A stretch of 63,816 nucleotides of DNA, the filler included, from Rhabdomonas costata (taxonomy: Eukaryota), in assembly GCA_019059605.1 (NCBI GenBank). It is 42 parts of 42 records of this genome, joined end to end, with 100 filler letters (N's around TTAATTAATTAA, not from the genome) between each part and the next. Parts side by side here need not be neighbours in the genome. Positions count along the whole stretch, not along the records: positions 48,902 to 50,329 come from JAHMHO010016227.1; positions 50,430 to 51,857 come from JAHMHO010016228.1; positions 51,958 to 53,384 come from JAHMHO010016229.1; positions 53,485 to 54,910 come from JAHMHO010016230.1; positions 55,011 to 56,438 come from JAHMHO010016231.1; positions 56,539 to 57,966 come from JAHMHO010016232.1; positions 58,067 to 59,493 come from JAHMHO010016233.1; positions 59,594 to 61,020 come from JAHMHO010016234.1; 34 more parts are not named here. One strand, 5' to 3'. The position numbers were made by a program, and so were the translations under genes. Positions 48,954 to 61,792 of this stretch are shown piece after piece. Below the pieces are notes generated by a model. It made no database searches. It was not told the DNA's origin and saw nothing but the letters and a program-made list of their open reading frames with translations. Position 1 is the first letter of the stretch. The number at the start of each line of letters is the position of its first letter.

Positions 48954-50293
48954 CGGACCAGTGTGCAACCCAATCCCAATGTTAAACTTCAGCGAGGACA
49001 CGGCGTCGTCTGCGTTTAGGCGGCTCACCGTCTCAGTCAACCGCAGAGCGGCTTCAGTGGCATCCGTGGGGTCACCAAAGATCGCCATAATACCTGCAAC
49101 GCAATATCCACACATTTACTTGCAGAGTATGAGTCAGCTCAGTGTTGTGGTGCGGTTCAGGTTATGATTGGGCTATTGTTGAGCAGTAGGAAATTTCAAA
49201 AAAAAAAAGAGGCCTGGAAAAAAGGAAGACGGGAGGGGTAGTAAGAGTGTGGTTTGTATACCGTCGCCTAAGAACTTGTCGATGAAGCCGTGCATTTGGC
49301 GGATGATGGGGCCGGCCTCACTGAGGTAGCGATTGATGAACTGGAAGTTCTGGTGGGGCGCCATTCTGCAAGAGAGGGTCGGATGCCCCCATGACGGCAC
49401 AGCAAGGGATATTAGTTTGTATTGCTGGAGGGCGATCAGCAACTTTAGCCCTCTTTGGACTGAGCAGCCTATCATCACACGAAGCCATCCAATGGCGAAG
49501 ATTAGGGCCAACACTGTATCCCGCGTTATGTTTCAAGAAAAAAGCACAGGCACGCAGACGTCATTTCACACGAAGCGGACCAAAGCGGACCCATTTTTTT
49601 CCATCCTCAAAAATTACGGCACAGCTTCACCACTGTTCAGCGAAAGGTCAACGTGCAACTGCAAACAACACACAAGGAACAACAGATGAGATGAGAAGCT
49701 GGAAGGTGGTACGGGAAACGCGTGCAGAGCTCAGACCGCGGGAAAGCACACTCCTGGAGGTGCTAACACAAACTTCGCAAATCCTACCACGGCACCGGCT
49801 CACTGGCCGTATCAGGGGAATCACCAGCAACCACACGTCCCAGACTCGAGCGTGGTCGGGAAGCTTAGCTGGAACTCATTCGGTTGGCTGGCTGCGGTTG
49901 CTGCGGCTGTCGCTGCACACTGGCTGTGGACTGATTGTTCGTGACCGCTAGCAACGGAAGGGAGGAGAGCTGTGAGGTACGTTCCCTTTTGAACTCGGGA
50001 GTTCCACACAAGACAACCACCCTTCCCCAACAGTTTGTGTGCCCTTTGTCCCGCCATCTTTTTCAGCGCGCACCGACCCCGCAGCGGTGCGTGTGTGGGC
50101 GTGTGCGCGCATAACACCGCTCGGAGAGAGTCTGGAAGTTGTGAATGAAGCTGAACATGATCGTCGCCCGCTTCAGCACGCAGTCCCCCAGGCTGAGGTC
50201 TCGCAGGGTGCGCACCCCCATCAGCGTCAGGAAGTCGTGCGGCACGAAGCGGGTGATCACCTCGTTGAGCTCGTCCTGCTCCCTCAGGGTGCG
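48954..50293 (-). CDS. Bacterial-type class III adenylate cyclase domain (3 exons)
   Basis: Exons 50293-50118, 49365-49262 and 49093 to about 48954 chain in frame: RFVPHDFLTLMG..DLSLGDCV..MFSFIHNFQTLSER/MAPHQNFQFINRYL..GFIDKFLGDG/IMAIF..IGIGLHTGP. Confidence 0.92.
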
Positions 50294-50480
50294 CTGCGCA
50301 CCGCGCATCGCATCAAAGTCAAAACAAACNNNNNNNNNNNNNNNNNNNNNNNNNNNNNNNNNNNNNNNNNNNNTTAATTAATTAANNNNNNNNNNNNNNN
50401 NNNNNNNNNNNNNNNNNNNNNNNNNNNNNTTGGTCACAAGGGCGATGAATGGTTGCCATGAGATGTTAACACAGACACAG

Positions 50481-50545
50481 GGATTTTGATTTGTTTTGGT
50501 GCGAAGGCCAGCGCCGCGGAGGCCAGTCCGCTGCGCGGCCGGAGC
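50481..50545 (-). repeat. Dispersed repeat end (related to 30570-30630)
   Basis: Shares an 18-nt exact match plus a following block with 30594-30630, and has an internal AGGCCAG duplication. Confidence 0.6.
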
Positions 50546-52214
50546 GGGCGGATGGGTTGGGACGTTCCATGGGGTGGCCGATGCTGTGTTTAGCACATCT
50601 AAAAAACGTTTAACGCCCCCCCCCGATCCCAAACTACAACAGGCCCGGCGGTCCTTGTTCAGAACAAGTGTTTTTTGTACAGCAGGCCTGCCGCGTCAGT
50701 GAGCTTTCTCGGTTTAGGGCATGCCTCGGGATAACCGAGAACCCGAGAGTTGCTTTCATAAAGTGTCAGTCAGTCAGTCCGCAGCCCCCCCTTGGAGCCG
50801 CCCGGGTTGGGCGAATTAGGCTGGGGCTCCGCACCGCAGAGACCGCAGGAAGACGCACTGGAGCCGTGCTGAGACAGCGGGGGACAGCGAAGAGGTACCT
50901 TTTTTCCTTTGTTGTTGTTCTTGGGCAGCACTCAAGGGTCTTGGGTGCCCTTTTGGATACCTGCTCAGTGAGCTTCTTTTACACTGGCACTGGAGTTGGC
51001 CGGAATTCACTCGTATGCCAGTTTTTATGGATTCACACGATTTCTTTCGAGTCAAGATAGGAAAAGTTCGAATCTTATGAATATTGTTAAACCGGTTAGA
51101 CTTTACAAATCTGTTTCTGTATTTCTTTTGTGCAAATCGTGATTTGCCAATATTGGGGCGTAATGGCACTTCGCCACAGGTAGCGGCTGCGCTAGATGTC
51201 TTTTCGGGGTGTTTTGCGCGTTGATGGCCTAGCAAAAAGAAAATTGATGTTATCATAGGACAGGCGCTTGGAGCTTGGTGCTTCATAGTCTGAAGTATTC
51301 ACTCCACGGCTCTTAGCAGTGCTACACGTTCCACCGCACGAGAAACTGGCGGCATGTGACGCAGACATTGGTTTCACTGTTTGTTTCACTGTTCCCTTTT
51401 GTTCTTTTTTTGCTCGCTTTGTGTACATGCTTGAGTGAGACGAAAGGGCAACCACCACAGAAAAAGAACCCAGGAAGTGCACATGTGAGGAGCATCTTTC
51501 TGTGCCCGTCTGTTTCTGTGTCCGTTCCCTGCGTGTCTGCGTCGGAGGGCATCATCGCTACTCATATTGTATCTTCATCTCCTCTCTGTCCAGTGGCAAT
51601 GGCTCGCCTCGTTAGCGGTTCCACGTATCGGCCTCTCATGTATACCTGCCCAGCACCCGCCACCAGCACCTCTTGCTTAATCAGCTTACCTGGCGCTATC
51701 AGAGTGAGAGAATGAGTGCGAGTGAGTGAGAGCGAGAGTGTGTGCCTCCTCCCTCCCGCGCTGCTGCGCGAAACGCTCACCATTGCTGTGAGAAACGAGC
51801 ACCAGTCGGGCCTTTTCCTTATCTTGCCTGTCAACGTGCAAATGTCCCACAACCCCCNNNNNNNNNNNNNNNNNNNNNNNNNNNNNNNNNNNNNNNNNNN
51901 NTTAATTAATTAANNNNNNNNNNNNNNNNNNNNNNNNNNNNNNNNNNNNNNNNNNNNGGGTTTTTGTGCATGTGCATGCCTGTGTTTGGTCTGGAACGAT
52001 TTTTTTCAGTGTTGGTGGCGCTGCCCTTGCAGGGGTGGCGACTTCTGTTCTCGCTCTTCTGTTCTGCTTGGCGACATGCTGTTCATCCCGCTGCTCCCCG
52101 CTATAGACATCTGTTCCAAAGGCGTCCAATGTACTTGCAGTAACCCTCGCCTGGGTGTGGAAGAGGAAGGGAGGCAGATATGTTGCTTTTGAGGTCAACT
52201 TATAATGCACACAG

Positions 52215-53011
52215 GTGAAGAAGGTCTTCCGCGACCACGTGCTTCTGGGAACGGTGGACTTGGAAACTCTGATCGCAGAGAACTTGACCGAGGTGTGCAC
52301 GTGTCTGTTTCTTTCCGATGGTTTCATGTCTTGGAGGAGGAAAAAAGGAGAAAAGCTTAGCCTTAATAGCCTTAATTCGTGTTAACCCGAAAAGCATTGT
52401 TGTACTGTGAACGGCATTGAAACGCGCCATTGGCGCTCCCCCGTGGCCCCGTGCCCACACAGCCCGCCCATTTCAACTTCCATACGATCACAGTGTGATG
52501 ATATCAAGTGCAAATTGCCCATGGTTTATACAATGGGGTTTGTATGAAGGAGTTTATTTTGCAACAGCGAACGGAAATTCCTGAGTAGCAAACAAATGAA
52601 GTTCTGATAAGGGGCGTGAACCCGGCGACGAGCGCCGTTCCAGAAATCCTTGATGGCATTCGCGCAATGCCGCACTTGCACACACGCACACGTGGACTGT
52701 TGTCTGGGGTGTGGCGAAGAAGGCACAGAGGTAAGCATGCATGTGTGGTGCAGTTGATATCATCCACGATATATATGTGTGCGTCGGGAAACCCGAGGCA
52801 CATGACACACACACACACACCAATGGACCCACCGCAGGTTCACCAGTGGGAAAGCAGCTTCAAGACTCTTAAGGCGAAGGGGAAGGAGCTCAACCAAATT
52901 GAGAATGTCATCAAGGTGGACTGCATCAGCGTCTCCACGGCGCCTGTGAAGGCTAAGGTGGACGACCACCTGCAGCGCCTCGGGGACCTCCTGGTCAGCT
53001 CTCTTAAAAAG
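52215..53011 (+). CDS. DYNC2H1: Cytoplasmic dynein 2 (IFT dynein) heavy chain, 2 tail exons
   Basis: Exon 52215-52292 VKKVFRDHVLLGTVDLETLIAENLTE plus exon 52838-53011 VHQWESSFKTLKAKGKELNQIENVIKVDCISVSTAPVKAKVDDHLQRLGDLLVSSLKK. Confidence 0.9.
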
Positions 53012-53513
53012 GTCTTTCCCGGCGCAGTGACGCCAAATGCAGCCACAGCCCACACCTCTTTTTGGAAACCAGAAAGCCTCGTGCTCTGGTCGTTTGTTTT
53101 GGGGGTATCTTGTGGAGTAGTGTGTGAGGGGGTTCCCGTGCAGGTGGTACCCGAATACCACCGGTATCTTAGTACCACTGGTACTCGTTCAGCATCAGGC
53201 ACCAAGCATCTTGTGCTGCACCGCTGCACTCTGTGGCCCAACATATCCTGGAATATTCGCCTTCTCCGAGAATCCCAGGCGACATCTGCATCGTCATCCG
53301 TGAATTATCGGATCATTCACCGCTTTATAAGAACAGGCGAACCCGGGAACCGGTGGTACCGGATACCCACCCACCCACACCCACNNNNNNNNNNNNNNNN
53401 NNNNNNNNNNNNNNNNNNNNNNNNNNNNTTAATTAATTAANNNNNNNNNNNNNNNNNNNNNNNNNNNNNNNNNNNNNNNNNNNNTTGTGATGGTTCAAAT
53501 AAAAAACGTGCAG

Positions 53514-54205
53514 GTCAAGCTCAACCTCATCGAGGACTTGTCGTCCAACAAGAACAGCATTGCCCGAGCCGCGCAGTCGGTACACTCGCGATTCCTCCCT
53601 TTTTCTGCTTTGCGGAGGTATTGAAGATCGTCTTTCCACTCGCGGAACATTTTCTTGGTTTTCTTCTTGTCGATGCCCGTCGTTCTTGGTGCATAACGCG
53701 GGTGGGTGCTTTGAACCTCTGGGTGACCAGCTGTTTGTTTTGTACATTGGGTTTTCTGTTCTTTGTGGGAAGACGTGCGCTGGGTGCCAATGGGGCGTGC
53801 CATGTTAGGATGTGGGAAGCTCGTTCAAGGCGATCATGTCGCACTCTCCCGGGGTCCAGTGTACCACAGGCACTGCCTGCGCTGCTCCGTGTGCAAAGCG
53901 CAGATCATGGGTGCGTGTACGCGCACCTACCCTCCACAATTGCACCGCGCAGCTTCCTTCAAAATGGCTTCCGAGAAATGGTTGCATCCGTTTTATGCCT
54001 TGCCCTCAGCCATCCATTTCAGCATCTTTTTTTAGTCGCAAACAAAAATTTTCTTTTAACTTTGCTGAACCTGTGCTCTTTCGACAAAATCAGCCTCACG
54101 TTCAGAGGTTCTTTCGTGCCTGTCCTCGCAGGAACAAGGTTCGCCGAGCATGCTCAGACAGGCCAACCGCTGTGCATGCGCTGCAACGTGAGGGGAGCCT
54201 CTTGA
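53514..54205 (+). CDS. LIM-domain protein (partial, multi-exon)
   Basis: GCGKLVQGDHVALSRGPVYHRHCLRCSVCKAQIMG (to 53910) / TRFAEHAQTGQPLCMRC (from 54132). The first Cys is probably supplied by a micro-exon at 53773-53782, and there is an upstream exon at 53514-53579. Confidence 0.8.
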
Positions 54206-57203
54206 GTGGGCGCCTTCTTTCCGCCGGCCCACCCATTGGTGGGTTGACGGTCCGCGTGGTTCCCTTCCGTGTATGTTTGTATATATCAGTGGAGGATTCA
54301 AACTGCATGTGCTCGTGAGAGAGATGCTGTTGCGAGAACTCTTTGTGAAGGCTCTGTGAATGAGTGTGCGGGGCGACTTTGGAGTGGACGCCCTCCTACA
54401 AGCCTGGCAAGTCCTTGGGGTCCTGATGCACCGTGGTCGCCTCTCTTGGCCTCACATTCCTTCTTCACTACTTCCGTTCGAGTCACTCTGTCTCTCGGAG
54501 AGGCCCAGTCTCGAGTGCACCTGACAATGCTTGCAGGCTGAAGAAGCCCTCCCTGCTGCATTCAATGTTTGTAGTTATGTAGATTTCCATGTGGCCTGGC
54601 ATACCCCACCTGGGAATCTCGTTTGTCCGTATGACCTGGACGCTTCTGCGTCAACTGATTCCCCACCGTGTCACTCGGCCTTGGCGTAAGTTCTCTTCAG
54701 TGCATTTGCCATTTTCCAGCGCCCTTCGGCCCCTTCTGCAGACTGCAGACAGTCAGAACCAATCGGAGCGTTTTTGAATTCAAGGGAATGAAATATATTC
54801 GAGGGTTATATTATCACACGAATAATTTCTGTGTCATAGTGCATGTTGATGAGGACCCGAATGCATGTCGTTTTTCTTGGGAGATTTTCATTGGGAGATT
54901 TCGAGGATGCNNNNNNNNNNNNNNNNNNNNNNNNNNNNNNNNNNNNNNNNNNNNTTAATTAATTAANNNNNNNNNNNNNNNNNNNNNNNNNNNNNNNNNN
55001 NNNNNNNNNNGGTTGTGTGTGTAAAGAGACTGCTTATCAAAGAGAACGTGCGCGCGCGAAATCCAGGCAGCTAATAGAATCGTTCGTTTTTTGTTGCGCG
55101 TGTGAAACTGAAAGGTTTTCTAGCTGGGAAAATTCTCTACGGTAATCCCATTGCAAGTGCAAAAAAAAATGCTAAAAAAAGGCATGCAAACCTATAAAAG
55201 CCACATGCCATTCTTTCCCTTCGGGGGGAGGGGGAAGGCAGCGGAGGAGTGGAGAAGAGAAGAGTGCACAGGGCAGAGGACTGCGCACACCGTCGAGCAC
55301 TGCTCCGCAGAAAGCTCAACCTGGAAGCGAAGCGAAGAGGCAGGGATTGGCATGTGGTGTGCGAGGAGGACGGAGAGAGTGTGTGAGTTGTGATCAACCC
55401 CGCATGTCACGAGGTGTGCAGGCCCGGCACGTCGCTTGTGTCACAGGATGGGTGCGCGTGTGTACCATTTTTTTTGGAGCTGCAGCCACTGTGAGGAGGG
55501 GGTCGTGTGTGTGTGTGTATGCGTGGTCTTTCTGTATGCGGAAGGGGGGGGGAGCCCATGGCGGCAAGCAGGCCCTCACGCACAGTCCCGCACAGCTTTT
55601 CCGCATGCGCAGGGGTGCCTATGCAAAACAAGTGAAGTGGCAAAAACGAGAGGGAGACACATCTCCGCAGCGTCCAACAAAAACAGCCCAAATAGAAAGG
55701 GCCGAAACACAGCACGAAACCACCAACCACACGAGCGCCCCAAACAACGTCATCTGCGTAAATCGCCTGCCCACTTGCGTCTGTCTCAATAAAATTTGGT
55801 TCAAAGAATCTAAAAATAGTCCACCAGAAACACTAAAGAAGGGCACACAGGCCAACGTCGTGCCTCACCACTTAATCTTCTCATGCCTCCATATAAACAT
55901 GCGGCACACAACAAATACACAGACTCAGTCACAAATCAGATGTGGGGCCATCAAGACTCAAATGCCTTAGGTTTGCTAGGCAGTCCCGTTTAAAGGCACA
56001 GTACGCAGGCCTGTGAAGATCTAAAAAGTACCTTGCCTAAGCCATTGCAAACGCGGCTAAGACGGTTAAAAAGGTCTCAATGGCCGTAAATGGACCCTAC
56101 CAGATGCTCTCACCAGACCCAGAGATGGAGCCAGAGGATGGGAAGCTGCTGGCAAAACTCTGCTAAGCAGCACTACCATCCAACCAAGTGAGGGAACCAA
56201 CAGGCCAGTCTGGCTCAAGCTAACGATACCCGTGCAAGGTCCTCACGTCAGGCTCCACCTCTGGTGGCAGGAAACTCATGTGCGAAGTCATTCAGCAGAC
56301 ACGGCAAAAGTTGGAGCCTAAGTATCTGGTCTCCCCGTTTCCGTTTTCGGAGTGACCGTTGGCGCAGTTCTGAAGAACAAGACTATAGCTGGGTGCTGCA
56401 TGAGAGCCGCCACCCAAATTCATGTGCACACAAAAACANNNNNNNNNNNNNNNNNNNNNNNNNNNNNNNNNNNNNNNNNNNNTTAATTAATTAANNNNNN
56501 NNNNNNNNNNNNNNNNNNNNNNNNNNNNNNNNNNNNNNGTGGTGGGTGTGTTTGGTGGGGGGTTGTACAAATGATGCGGGTTTGAGGCTGTGCAAGCTAC
56601 GCTAGATGGGGTCGATGCTCACCTGATACGGTAGAGGTCAGCACAGGGGCATTGCCCTGCTTCCGAATGTCGTACAGCGACAGCGTGCCGTCGGTGTGAC
56701 CGACCGCCAGAAGGGACTTGTGGGTGTAGCTGAGAATGCGGACAACGATAAACTAGGGGCGTTTTCGGAAAACCCAAAAGAACCTCCGAGCGACCTATTT
56801 CACCGGAGCATTTGAAAGTTGGAGTGCGCTTGACATGTCCAACAAGCAACACCGACACTTGGGGAGGGAAAGCCAGTTGGATTCATTTTATCTGCCTACT
56901 TATTGTGATTAGAGAACATAGGAATATTCTTTTCGATGAATTCTGCTGGCGTCGGGGGACGACACTATGTCGTTTGTCCCTTACGCGTGTAGGCCTGGCC
57001 CATAGGGCTACTAAGGCGGGGGAGGGGTACCTCCGTGTCGAACTATTGGAACCCTGCCACTAGTTCTGGTGCGAATCTCGTTCGAATCTCCCAGGTTCCG
57101 TGCCGACTGCGGCGGTCTTTCTGCCAAACACAGACATAAAGTGAAGATCCGGCTCAGCAAAAATGAGCATGAGGGTAAGGCTTGTTTCGTTGTTCTTTTT
57201 CAG

Positions 57204-57966
57204 GTGGGCAGCACACCGGCACCGTGTGGCAGGTGAAGTGGGCTCAGAAGGGCAAGGACCGCGGAGAGAGCTTGATCTCGATCTCCTCTGACGGCCGTGT
57301 CACCGACTGGTCCATCAACAAGGGCCTGGAGAGCACCAAGCTGATGACCCTGAAGCGGGTGCCAAGCAAGCAGCAGCAGGTCGGTTAACATCAGCACCCT
57401 CTCCTCGTCTCGAGACCCTGCGCCTTGCTTCCTGTAGTTGTGATTAATGTGCATAGAAAAGACCCCGGGCCTGCTTCGACTTTGTCCTCTTGTGATTAAT
57501 GTCAGCTGGAGCTGTATAGCCAAATGCGGTGATGTATGCGCTCCGAAGGCTTCGGATATTTTTATTGTTTTGTTGACTTCAAAACCCTAGGGATTTGAAG
57601 TTTCTGATTTCACAGCTGAAACCAAAAATTCTCTACCAACTGGTGTCTAGACAACTGGATCGGCAATGTAAGTGATGTATACTCCTGCTTTCGCAAAGGC
57701 ATTGGGTCGAAAAGTGAAACAGTGATCGCAATTTTGGTAAATTTGGAGTACCTGTCCGGACACAAACCTGTGTAGCAAAATCTTCGTATGCAAAAAAGAA
57801 GAAAAAGAATACCACTTGCATGAGCACACGCCCCCCCTCCCGGAAGCGCACTCCTCGGGTTTCCCTGCGTTCTTCTGTTTGATTTTTACAGAGCCAGACT
57901 CAGGCCAAGGGGGAGGCCCTTCTGTCCCGGCAGTCCGGGGGGATGACCCTGGACTTCAACCCCACC
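57204..57966 (+). CDS. DNAI4: Axonemal dynein intermediate chain WDR78/IC138 (2 exons)
   Basis: Exon 57204-57379 HTGTVWQVKW..ESLISISSDGRVTDWSINKGLESTKLMTLKRV plus exon from 57892 EALLSRQSGGMTLDF. Confidence 0.88.
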
Positions 57967-58781
57967 NNNNNNNNNNNNNNNNNNNNNNNNNNNNNNNNNN
58001 NNNNNNNNNNTTAATTAATTAANNNNNNNNNNNNNNNNNNNNNNNNNNNNNNNNNNNNNNNNNNNNTTGTGGGGGTGGTGGCCGACCGGGCGGTCGCACA
58101 GGGGTGCAGCATCACCGAAAGCGGCTGCACCGCAGAGGTAACCTCACATGAGCCCGAGCTATCCTCTGGTGACCGGAGGTAGAGAGAGGGCCCAGGCGGG
58201 GAGAAGGGGCACCGGCGGGGACCCTCGGAGTCTGGCATTGCTTCGCATCGAAAGGGCAAGGGGCACTCACTAGGGCACACGCACACAACAGGCAAACAGC
58301 CGACAAGCAGCAGCTGGGAACGAGGAGCCTTTCAGAGAAATGTTGTCCGAAAAATCTTGTTCGAGCACTGGTACAAGGACGCAGAGGGAGAGGGGGGGTG
58401 TAATTCGCAACAAAGACAGCGGAACGTCAAAGCTGTTCTGTGAACAGTGAAGGAAGGAGCACAGTGAAGGAAAGAGCACTCCAGAGCCCACAAGCAGTGG
58501 CATTCAGGAAAGCACTCTGTTATCCTGAAGGAATGAATCCTCCGAATTTCACGGTGCCACCGCATTCCATACGTTCCATTATTCTCATCTGCTTGTGTTT
58601 CTTGTATTTCGAATATAGCTGCACGGCAGGTCAGCGTTGATGCCCTGTGATGGTGTCGCTGGTGCGTTTCATAAGAAACCCAGGAACCCGGATGCCAGAT
58701 CACATACAGCTGGCACGGTCACCATACCAGAGCGCTACCGCAACCCACCTCCACAATTTCATCAACGCTCAGGCAAGGTAC

Positions 58782-58932
58782 CGGTCCACAGGCACCGCCT
58801 GCAGCCGCGCCGCCGACGCCTCAGGGGAGCTGTCATTGACATAATTTCCCGCACCAAGTTCCAGCCCACCCAGGGCCTTCAGCTGCTCCTCTGCTCGAAG
58901 CACACCGTGCAGCTGGATGTAGAAGTGGTACC
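58782..58932 (-). CDS. Putative exon of a hypothetical protein
   Basis: CAG/..YHFYIQLHGVLRAEEQLKALGGLELG../GT, GC-rich. No family recognised. Confidence 0.35.
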
Positions 58933-59593
58933 CTGCAATGTGCAGTGTAGATGAGGTGAAGAGAGCTCCCAAGTGGAATTCCAAAATAAACCGAATGAAC
59001 CTCACACACCACTCGTTTAAGGATCATTTTGAGTAGGAAGCAGTCTGGTCAAATGGAAAAGACCCCAAACAAAAATGTTCCTTTCCCCTCCTAACTCATT
59101 CTCAAACTTAACCTTGTGGTGCTTCCGCTGAATTCCTACCGTTTCATTCCACCACCTCGCAAACCTTTACTGCCAAGGGCACTGCAAAAGATCTCTCCAG
59201 CCCTTTTCGCACATTCAAAATTTTTTTGAAAACAGCACTCCATTCAGCGCAACGTAAAGAAAACACTCTCGCGTTGACCAGGACACAAAAACCTCTGAAG
59301 TAGAGCATGTCAAGTCTCTCAGCTCAACTGCTCTGCAATCCATGGGTTTTGACAGCCTCCCTCCCCTTCACACACACACGCGGCACACACCACCAATACA
59401 ATTCCCACACCCTTTTCCCTATTTCCTTTCACCTTTTGACCTCCTTGCATCCCTTTCCCAATATGTGTGTTAAACGTTTAACCCCCCCCCAACNNNNNNN
59501 NNNNNNNNNNNNNNNNNNNNNNNNNNNNNNNNNNNNNTTAATTAATTAANNNNNNNNNNNNNNNNNNNNNNNNNNNNNNNNNNNNNNNNNNNN

Positions 59594-60386
59594 TGTTTGT
59601 TTGTCGGCGTCATGGAGGGCGACTTCGCGCGGGCGCTGGAGCTGCCGTTGCTCCCACTGCTGGACCCCGTGGAATCCGTGGCCCCGGAGAAGGCTTCGCG
59701 GCACTCCTCCGCAGTGATCACGGGGCTGAAGGCGGAAGAACGAACCCCCAAGCAGAGGGAGGAGCCCTAACCCAAGCCGAGCTTGTACGAGCTTGCACCA
59801 CGCAGCGAAAAAACTCACCGCAGTAAGCAGTACCAGAACACAAGAAACGTCTCCTCCTGGGTGGTGTTTTTGTTTAGTTGTGGAGAGCCCTCCCCCAGAG
59901 TTTTGATGATAACCTTCCTGGCCTTCTTATTCGAGTGTATCTCATTGCCTGCAACGCGAAACGGGCATTTGCTCCAAGGACTCCGTGATGAACTGAATGG
60001 ATTTAAACGAAGAAGCACATAACGCCGCTAACAAAGGTCAACATGCCCGAGTCCACCTCTTGCCCCCTTGTTTCCTCCATGCTGCCGTTGAGCCGGAGCG
60101 CCCCTTTTCAGACATTTCATGACTCGGGATGAGGGGAAGGGTATCCTTCGCGACCACAACGTACAAAATGGTCCAAAACTTATGGCCCTTTGGGAGTTGA
60201 GCAAACGGTGCTATGAGTAAAGGTGAGGGTGAGTATGCGGGTACCTTATGCAAAACACACCGCCTTCCCCGCCCCTGAAGCTTACCTGCGGAGGTAGGTG
60301 CTGCGGAGGCAGTCGATGTCATGCATAAGCTGCAGACGAGTCTCCCGCCAGAGATGCTCCAGCTGAGCCCGAGCATCCGCCTCGCA
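59594..60386 (-). CDS. Hypothetical protein (2 exons)
   Basis: Exon 60386-60286 (CEADARAQLEHLWRETRLQLMHDIDCLRSTYLR, donor AG/GTAAG) is phase-compatible with an exon starting at 59725. Confidence 0.4.
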
Positions 60387-61630
60387 CTGAACCCCCCACC
60401 CCCACCCGAAATGAAAAGACTGCTGTGCGGCTTCCGTCTCTCTGTTTTGGTTTCACCTTTTCTATTTTCACCGTCAAAAGAATGACCTCTCCATTACTGA
60501 GTCTACTCACTTTTTCGGTTTGGTGCCCGACGAAGCCTCGCTGTTTTCCTGCTTTTTCTTGGGTGGTGTGAAAGCCGTCTAAGCAAAATGAAACCTGGAC
60601 TCCAGTAAACTGCACCCTTTTGGAGGGTCCGGTATGCCGGTATTTGCTCTTTTATTTTGCAGGAAGGAGAGGGGGATAAGCCCGAAACCGTGCTGTACAA
60701 TCGCATTAAAGAAATAAATATAACCCCGCATTTCGGTGAAAGACGAAACCAAGGGTGGCTTTGCTTTGGTGTGCATCACCTGTGTGGGCCCAAATCGACG
60801 TCCCACACAACCTTCCCGCTTCAGCCCTCCCTCCTGTTGCACAGCTGAAACTGGCTTTCCCCCTCGGAAATATCCTGCCCCAATTGGTCGCCAAAACACA
60901 GCGGAAATAGGACCCACCACCAACCAACCAACGCCACAAACTCCGAACAGGCACGCACGCACGCTATTTCTGATTTCTCAGTCCACGACCGTATACCGCC
61001 TCTATATCGTTAACACCCCCNNNNNNNNNNNNNNNNNNNNNNNNNNNNNNNNNNNNNNNNNNNNTTAATTAATTAANNNNNNNNNNNNNNNNNNNNNNNN
61101 NNNNNNNNNNNNNNNNNNNNATTTCTGTTTCGGTTCCGTTTATCGTTTCCGTTTCCGGTACTGAATATACCCGGTTGCTTTATAGTTAGGGAAAAGACAA
61201 TGATTTTCTTATCAATACTCGCGTTGGGGCAGATGACATGGCTTCTGTAGAAGATCTGACGGAGGTCAGAGGGCGATACTCTACTCGGCAAATCAGCAAG
61301 ATTCTAGATGACTTTTTGAAATGGCCGCTTACCTTTCACCTCTTCTGTTTATATGGCTGACATCGGGAGCTTTTTCTTAAGTGTTTAGCTTCTTCAGCCC
61401 CCACCCCATTGCCCCGGTTAGCTCTTTGGCCTCCGCCCAGGATGTGGGTGGCGTCAAAAGAGAGAGGCTGCCCCTTCCGAAGTTTACTCCTTAGAAAACT
61501 GGAATTCAAATTGGTCATTTGTATATGCTGCTTGGAATGTTTTTTTGACGGGCGCACGGTGCCTCACTTCACATGGGACATGCCTTTTTCCTTGCACGCA
61601 GCACCCATCCATCCCTAATTGGCATCTCAG

Positions 61631-61792
61631 GAGGCGCCGTTCCCCGGCGCTGCGCAGACCTGGACAACTCCGGGGCGCTGGCCGCGGCGCTGGAGGCGCT
61701 GCGCCCCACCGCACTGGTGCACTGCGAGCCGGCGCTGCGGGAGGCGGAGGCCTTGGGGTTGCCCACACTCGCGGCTCTACTGCGGCAGTACG
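61631..61792 (+). CDS. Putative exon, RmlD/extended-SDR-like segment
   Basis: Very GC-rich; ADLDNSGALAAALEALRPTALVHC resembles DLxDxxAL..L...RPxxVxHCA. Confidence 0.3.
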
